Assembly: GCA_963758615.1 (NCBI GenBank) | Contig: CAVWVZ010000011.1 | Coordinates: 302,369 to 366,368, forward strand | Source: an uncultured Actinomycetota bacterium | GTDB taxonomy: Bacteria > Actinomycetota > Actinomycetes > Actinomycetales > Microbacteriaceae | Direction: 5' to 3' | Length of the DNA: 64,000 nt | Part shown: in pieces, positions 58,492-64,000 of the stretch | How positions within the stretch are numbered: position 1 is the stretch's first letter | Layout: every line of letters begins with the position of its first letter | Position numbers and translations under genes: made by a program | Notes under the pieces: model-generated | Seen by the model: the letters and a program-made list of their open reading frames with translations, nothing else | What the model was told of the DNA's origin: nothing | Database searches by the model: none

Positions 58492-59292
58492 ATGACCGCC
58501 GAGCCTGCAGCCGACAAGTCCGAGCGCGATCCGGCTCCCGCGGTCACACGATCACTGCGCATCCTCACGCTGCTCGCCGAGGCCGAGGGCGCGCCGATGA
58601 CCCTCAGCGACATCGCCCGCGCGCTCGGCATCGCGAAGTCCTCGACCGCGAACCTCGTCTCGGTGCTCGAGGACGGGCAGATGCTGCAACGGGTGCCGCG
58701 GGGGTACCTCCTCGGTCGCCGCACGGCCGAACTCGGCGGTGCCTTCGCCATGCAGTTCAACCAGATCCGCGAGTTCTTCGGCGTCTGCGACGCGTCGCCG
58801 GTGCTGCGTACCGAGGTCGTGCAGATCGTCATGCTCGACGGAACCGACGCGGTGTACCTGTCGCGGCACGAGGGCCGGCGCCGCTATCAGCTGGGAACGC
58901 CGCTCGGATCGCGCCTGCCCGCCGCGCTGACCGCATCGGGCAATGCGCTGCTCATGCGCCTCGATGACGAGGACATCGTCGAGCTCATCGGCCCGACCGC
59001 GCCGTTCCCGCGGCTCACCGAACACAGCGTCGCCGACATGGACGGCCTCCTGGCCAAGGTGCGCGCGTCGCGCGACCGCGGCTACGCGATCGACGCGAAC
59101 GGGTCGGTCGGCGGCGTCACCGGAGTGGCGGTTCCGCTCGAGTCGTGGTCGCCGAGCGACCCGCCGTTCGCCCTGGGCGCGGCCCTGCCGACCGAGCTCG
59201 CCGACACCGAGCGCGTCGCGATCGTGGGCGATGCGCTCATCGAGGCCGCGCGCGAGCTCACGAATCCGCTGACCGGCCCACGGCGTGCATGA
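58492..59292 (+). CDS. IclR family transcriptional regulator
   Basis: PAVTRSLRIL, LSDIARALGIAKSSTANL, RLPAALTASGNALL, RGYAID. Confidence 0.92.
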   Translation: MTAEPAADKSERDPAPAVTRSLRILTLLAEAEGAPMTLSDIARALGIAKSSTANLVSVLEDGQMLQRVPRGYLLGRRTAELGGAFAMQFNQIREFFGVCDASPVLRTEVVQIVMLDGTDAVYLSRHEGRRRYQLGTPLGSRLPAALTASGNALLMRLDDEDIVELIGPTAPFPRLTEHSVADMDGLLAKVRASRDRGYAIDANGSVGGVTGVAVPLESWSPSDPPFALGAALPTELADTERVAIVGDALIEAARELTNPLTGPRRA

Positions 59293-59298
59293 CCATAA

Positions 59299-59340
59299 AC
59301 TGTTCAGAGTATTGAACAGTGTCCACTGGAGTGTTACAGT
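59299..59340 (+). promoter_or_regulatory. Promoter of the MFS-SDR-FAH-idnD operon with an overlapping palindromic operator
   Basis: ACTGTTCA-GAGTAT-TGAACAGT (59299-59320); TTGAAC (59312-17), N17, TACAGT (59335-40). Confidence 0.72.
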
Positions 59341-59403
59341 GATGCTCGAACGTTCGTCCTCATGGCAACGACGCGCATCGCGCTCATCAAAGGAGATGAC
59401 CCC

Positions 59404-60774
59404 TTGACTGACACACTCCGCCCGCCGGTGCACACCGACGACCCCGAGTACGCGGCGAACCTCCGACGGGCGACGCTCGCGTCGAGCGTCGGCTCCGCGC
59501 TCGAGTACTTCGACTTCGCGCTCTACGGCCTGGCGACCGCCCTCATCTTCAACCAGCTGTTCTTCACCAACCTCGACCCCGCCATGGGCACGGTCGCCGC
59601 GTTCGCCTCATTCGGCGTCGGCTTCATCGCCCGACCGCTCGGCGGCCTGTTCTTCGGCACCATCGGCGACAAGATCGGCCGCAAGTGGGTGCTGGTCACC
59701 ACGATCCTCCTCATGGGCGGCGCGACGACCCTCATCGGCCTGCTGCCGACCTACGAGACCATCGGCATCTGGGCGCCCATCCTGCTCACCGTGCTGCGCC
59801 TGCTCCAGGGCTTCGGCGCCGGCGCCGAGCAGGCGGGAGCCACGGTGCTCATGGCCGAGTACTCGCCCGTCAAGCGTCGCGGGTTCTTCTCGTCGCTGCC
59901 GTTCATCGGCATCCAGCTCGGCACGCTGCTCGCCGCCCTGGTCTTCTCGGGACTGGCCGCGCTGCCCGAGGAGATCTTCCTCGGCTGGGCATGGCGCATC
60001 CCGTTCCTGATGTCGTTCCTGCTCATCCTCGTCGCCATCTTCATCCGGGTGCGGCTGCGTGAGACGCCGACGTTCGTCGTGCTCGAGAAGGCCGACCAGG
60101 TCACCCAGCACCCCATCAAGGAGATCTTCACGAAGGGCTTCCCGGGCGTCGTCGTCGGCATCGGCCTGCGCATGGCCGAGAACGGCGGCTCGTACATGTT
60201 CCAGGCCCTCGCCCTGACCTTCGCGACCACGGTCGCCGGGGCGACCGTCGACAAGTCGCTCGCCACGTGGGGCGTCACGATCGGCTCGCTCATCGGCATG
60301 CTCACCATTCCGATCACGGGCCACCTCTCCGACAAGTACGGACGCAAGCCGGTCTACCGGGCGGGCGCGTTGTTCATGCTCGTCTTCGCGATCCCCGCCT
60401 GGTGGCTGCTGTCGCTCGGCAACCCGGGCATCGTCATCGCGGTCGTCGCAATCGGCATCGGCGTTGCGGTCAACACCATGCTCGGCCCGCAGTGCGCGAT
60501 GCTGCCCGAACTCTTCGGCAACCGTCACCGCTACCTCGGCGTCGCCATGGCACGTGAGCTCTCCGCGGTGCTCGCCGGTGGTCTCGCGGGTGTGCTCGGC
60601 GCGTGGCTGCTCGCCGTGTCCGACTACAACTGGCTCGTGCCGGCGGTGTACATGGCCACGCTCGCCCTCATCACGACCGCCGCCACCTTCCTCGTGCCCG
60701 AGACGCGCGGCCGCGACCTGCTGCGCCTCGAGGACACCGTGCAGATCTCGACGACCGAGCAGGGAGAGCGCTGA
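59404..60774 (+). CDS. MFS metabolite:H+ symporter (MHS family)
   Basis: GSALEYFDF, ARPLGG..FGTIGDKIGRK, LRLLQGFGAGAE; TTG start after AAAGGAG (alternative ATG 59362). Confidence 0.92.
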   Translation: MTDTLRPPVHTDDPEYAANLRRATLASSVGSALEYFDFALYGLATALIFNQLFFTNLDPAMGTVAAFASFGVGFIARPLGGLFFGTIGDKIGRKWVLVTTILLMGGATTLIGLLPTYETIGIWAPILLTVLRLLQGFGAGAEQAGATVLMAEYSPVKRRGFFSSLPFIGIQLGTLLAALVFSGLAALPEEIFLGWAWRIPFLMSFLLILVAIFIRVRLRETPTFVVLEKADQVTQHPIKEIFTKGFPGVVVGIGLRMAENGGSYMFQALALTFATTVAGATVDKSLATWGVTIGSLIGMLTIPITGHLSDKYGRKPVYRAGALFMLVFAIPAWWLLSLGNPGIVIAVVAIGIGVAVNTMLGPQCAMLPELFGNRHRYLGVAMARELSAVLAGGLAGVLGAWLLAVSDYNWLVPAVYMATLALITTAATFLVPETRGRDLLRLEDTVQISTTEQGER

Positions 60775-60776
60775 AC

Positions 60777-61546
60777 ATGACCGCACTGTTCGACCTGACC
60801 GGGCGAACCGCGCTCGTGACCGGATCGAGCCAGGGCATCGGCCGCGCGCTCGCACTGGGCCTCGCCCAGGCGGGCGCGCGCGTCGTGGTGCACGGCCGCG
60901 ATCGCGCGAAGGCCGAACGCACCGCGCGGGCCATCGCGCGAGGCATCCGGCACCGAGCCGCTCGTCTCGACCTTCGACGTCACCGACGCCGCGGCGGTCG
61001 ACGCCGGCATCGCGGCGCTCGAGTCCGAGGTGGGCACGGTCGACATCCTCGTGAACAACGCGGGCGTGCAGCGACGCGCCCCGATCACCGAGTTCACCGA
61101 CGCCGACTGGAACGACCTGGTCGCGACGAACCTCACGAGCGCGTTCCTGCTCTCGCCGCCGCGTCGCGCGCGGCATGGTCGAGCGCGGCAGCGGCAAGAT
61201 CGTCAACATCGGCAGCGTCCAGTCGCAGCTCGCCCGCCCGTCGATCGCGCCGTACAGCGCGACGAAGGGCGCGATCGTCATGCTCACGAAGGGGCTCTGC
61301 GCCGACCTCGCCCCGAAGGGCATCACGGTCAACGCCCTCGCGCCCGGCTACTTCGCCACCGAGCTGACGCAATCGCTGGTCGACGATGCCGAGTTCTCGG
61401 CCTGGGTCGCCCAGCGCACACCCGCGGGTCGCTGGGGGCAGGTCGAAGACCTCGTCGGCACGCTCGTGTTCCTCTCGAGCGACGCCTCGGCCTTCGTGAA
61501 CGGGCAGACGATCTTCGTCGACGGCGGCATGACGGCGGTGGTCTGA
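60777..61546 (+). pseudogene. Gluconate 5-dehydrogenase-like SDR (IdnO/Gno type), two +1 frameshifts at ~60938 and ~61156
   Basis: LFDLTGRTALVTGSSQGIG, NNAGVQRRAP, KIVNIGSVQSQLARPSIAPYSATKG, RTPAGRWG, VNGQTIFVDGG in three successive frames. Confidence 0.88.
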
Positions 61547-62280
61547 TGCGCATCGGCAGGATCGCGACGCCCGAAGGCCCGCGGCATGCCTTCGCCGAGG
61601 GCGACGCCTGGGTGCCGTGCACCGACCCCTTCGAGGCGTTCGCCGCCGGCCGCCGCCCGCAGCCCGCAGGGGAGCCCGTGACCGACGCGGTCCTGCTGGC
61701 GCCCGCCGAGCCTCGCGTCGTCGTGGGCATCGCGCAGAACGGCCCCGATCATCACTCCCCCGTGCAGGCGTGGCTGAAGAGTGCGCGCACGGTCGTCGCG
61801 AGCGGCACGCCCGTCCCCCTTCGCCGCGGCGTCGGCCGAATCGTCATCGAGGGCGAGGTCGCCGTCGTCATCGGGCGCGACACCGCCGACGTGAGCCCCG
61901 AGCGCGCGCACGAGCACGTCCTCGGCCTCACCGCGGTGAACGACATCTCGAATCCCGACCGCGGCGAGTCCGATCCGCGCAACTTCGAGGGCAAGGGCGG
62001 CGTCGGATACACGCCGCTCGGGCCGTGGATCGACACCGACGCAGACCTCGCCCGCACCGGACTCGAGGTGCGGATCAACGGCGTGAGCAAGGTCGTCACC
62101 GGCAGTCACGAGCTTCCCGCCTCGATCGCCGAGTGCGTCGCGTACGTCTCGCGCTGGGTGCCGCTCGGCCCGGGCGACGTGATCATGACGGGTGCCCCGA
62201 AGTCGGCCTTCGAGGCGGCGCCCGGCGACCTCGTCGAGATCACCGTCGCGGGTGCGCGACTCGTCACGCCGTGCCGGTAG
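61546..62280 (+). CDS. Fumarylacetoacetate hydrolase (FAH) family protein
   Basis: IEGEVAVVIG, LTAVNDIS, GKGG..YTPLGPWI, LGPGDVIMTGAP; TGATG coupling. Confidence 0.88.
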   Translation: MRIGRIATPEGPRHAFAEGDAWVPCTDPFEAFAAGRRPQPAGEPVTDAVLLAPAEPRVVVGIAQNGPDHHSPVQAWLKSARTVVASGTPVPLRRGVGRIVIEGEVAVVIGRDTADVSPERAHEHVLGLTAVNDISNPDRGESDPRNFEGKGGVGYTPLGPWIDTDADLARTGLEVRINGVSKVVTGSHELPASIAECVAYVSRWVPLGPGDVIMTGAPKSAFEAAPGDLVEITVAGARLVTPCR

Positions 62281-62300
62281 CAAACGTCGAGGAGCCCTTC

Positions 62301-63347
62301 GTGCCCAGCAAGAACATCGCGGTCGTCGCCCACGCCGCCGACGACCTCCGCGTCGACGAGCTTCCCGAGCCGCGACCAGCGGCCGATGAGTCCGTCGTCG
62401 AGATCGCCTACGGCGGCATCTGCGGCTCCGACCTGCACTACTGGACTCACGGCGCTGCGGGCGAGTCGATCCTCCGCGAGCCGATGGTGCTCGGGCATGA
62501 GATCGTCGGCGTCGTGGTGGCGCAGGCGGCCGACGGCAGCGGGCCGGTCACCGGCACGCGCGTGGCGGTGCATCCGGCGACCCCGGTCGACGACGGCTCG
62601 GCGCCGTTCCCCGCCGATCACCCGAACCTGGCGCCGGCCGGCACCTACCTCGGCTCGGCAGCACGTACGCCGCACACGCAGGGCGCGTTCGCGCGCCGCG
62701 TGGCCCTCCCATCGCGCATGCTCCGCGCGGTGCCCGAGGGACTCGACCTGCGCACGGCGGCGCTCGCCGAGCCGGCGGCCGTCGCCTGGCACGGGGTCGG
62801 CCGGGCCGGCGACGTGTCCGGCCGCCGCGTGCTCGTCATCGGCGCCGGTCCCATCGGCGCGCTCGCGATCGCGGTGCTCCGGCATCACGGCGCGGGCGAG
62901 ATCATCGCGAGCGACCTGCACGAGTTGCCGCGCCGGACGGCGCTCGCGCTCGGCGCGACCCGCGTGATCGACGCGAGGGATGACGAGGCGATCGCCGACG
63001 TGCACGCCGACGTCGTCATCGAGTCCTCGGGCACCGTTCCCGGTCTCGCCGGCGCCATCCGCGGCGCGGGTCGCGGGGGTCGCGTCGTCCTCCTCGGCCT
63101 GCAGCGATCGGGCGAGGTGCCCGCGCTCATGTCGCTCGCGATCACGCGTGAGCTCACCCTCGTCGGCTCCTTCCGGTTCAACGACGAGATCGACGAGGTG
63201 CTCGCCGCCCTCGCCGACGGCTCACTGCAGGTCGATCCCGTCATCACGCACGAGTTCGCGGCCATCGAGGCGCTCGACGCATTCGCGGTGGCGCGCGACG
63301 CGTCGGCATCGTCGAAGGTGCTGCTGCGCTTCGCCGACGAGGCCTGA
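62301..63347 (+). CDS. idnD: Zn-dependent L-idonate 5-dehydrogenase-like protein
   Basis: GICGSDLHYW, PMVLGHE, VAVHPA, YLGSAA..PHTQGAF, GAGPIG, IESSG, GSFRF. Confidence 0.8.
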   Translation: MPSKNIAVVAHAADDLRVDELPEPRPAADESVVEIAYGGICGSDLHYWTHGAAGESILREPMVLGHEIVGVVVAQAADGSGPVTGTRVAVHPATPVDDGSAPFPADHPNLAPAGTYLGSAARTPHTQGAFARRVALPSRMLRAVPEGLDLRTAALAEPAAVAWHGVGRAGDVSGRRVLVIGAGPIGALAIAVLRHHGAGEIIASDLHELPRRTALALGATRVIDARDDEAIADVHADVVIESSGTVPGLAGAIRGAGRGGRVVLLGLQRSGEVPALMSLAITRELTLVGSFRFNDEIDEVLAALADGSLQVDPVITHEFAAIEALDAFAVARDASASSKVLLRFADEA

Positions 63348-63374
63348 GGCACCGCGCTCGAAACGCCTCGCGCC

Positions 63375-63418
63375 GGCGATGCGACGGCGATGCGACGGTG
63401 ATGCGTCGACGATGCGCT
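63375..63418 (+). repeat. Four 11-bp direct repeats
   Basis: GGCGATGCGAC GGCGATGCGAC GGTGATGCGTC GACGATGCGCT. Confidence 0.65.
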
Positions 63419-63508
63419 GACAGCCGGGATCCGGCGGGTCCGCAGCGCGGCGGGCATCTCCGCCACGCGACGGATGACCCGACCGAGCCTGCTCGCTAGC
63501 GTGGAACC

Positions 63509-64000
63509 ATGAGTTCCCCCGCCGCCCCGCCCGTCATCGACGGCGTCGAGTGGGTGCGCCCCCGCCCGGGCCGCACGGGGCTGCGCAACGACATCGTGCT
63601 CGCCCTGGTGCTGCTCGTCGGCCTCGCCGCGAGCGTCGTGCTGTACCGCATCACCGGCTGGGGCGAGGACAGCCCATGGTGGGCCTCGGTCATCTGGGTG
63701 CCGGCCATGTCGCTTCCCCTCGCAGCTCGGCGCCTGCAGCCCGAGATCGTCGCGCTCGTGGCATCCGTCGCGTTCATCGTCGGCTCGGTGACGATGGCCG
63801 GAGAGGCGCTGTTCAGCAACATCTGCCTGTTCGTCGCGATCTACACGGTGGGCGCCTGGGGTCGCAGCCGCCGGCGCGCGACGATCGTGCGCGGCGTGAT
63901 CGTGTTCGGCATGTTCGCGTGGCTGTTCTGGGCGCTCATCTACTACTCGGCCGTGCAGGACTACCTGCCCGACCTGCCGCGCGAGGGCGCGCTCTCGCCG
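63509..64000 (+). CDS. Probable sensor histidine kinase, N-terminal membrane domain (runs off the window)
   Basis: Leaderless ATG after TAGCGT; MSSPAAP..WVRPRPG..RNDIVLA, PLAARRLQPEIV, AIYTVGAWG; multi-TM N-terminus typical of actinobacterial NarX/HisKA_3-type kinases; kinase core not visible. Confidence 0.65.
   Translation, partial: MSSPAAPPVIDGVEWVRPRPGRTGLRNDIVLALVLLVGLAASVVLYRITGWGEDSPWWASVIWVPAMSLPLAARRLQPEIVALVASVAFIVGSVTMAGEALFSNICLFVAIYTVGAWGRSRRRATIVRGVIVFGMFAWLFWALIYYSAVQDYLPDLPREGALSP

Overview
A very GC-rich (about 70% by eye) actinobacterial chromosome segment. Gene content and promoter style suggest Microbacteriaceae, possibly Agromyces, but this is inference. It holds about 55 protein genes and no rRNA, tRNA, CRISPR array, transposase or prophage that I can support. 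From left to right: SRAP gene; a Rox-like flavin monooxygenase with a near-consensus rifamycin-associated element (RAE) upstream, divergent from dinB; an EF-G-like GTPase; a heavily frameshifted DUF222/HNH gene with a PafBC-type promoter; a coenzyme F420 region (cofD, putative F420-0/FO ABC importer with a structured leader, ggt, fgd, cofC, LLM oxidoreductase, cofE) with no FO synthase in the window; xth; a Ser/Thr kinase; an ECF42 sigma/YciI locus with two divergent cognate promoters; a sulfonate-type ABC operon coupled to acs; a TetR/MFS pair; a DUF6421-SDR pair; a PadR operon with an uncharacterised Cys/Trp repeat domain; SulP; an IclR-linked idonate/5-ketogluconate-type cluster; and the start of a histidine kinase. 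A GTAG-containing REP-like repeat occurs at five loci and reaches into two reading frames. Many genes carry single-base frameshifts, mostly +1 insertions, which look like long-read errors. All family calls are from recognising motifs by eye; no database search was run.
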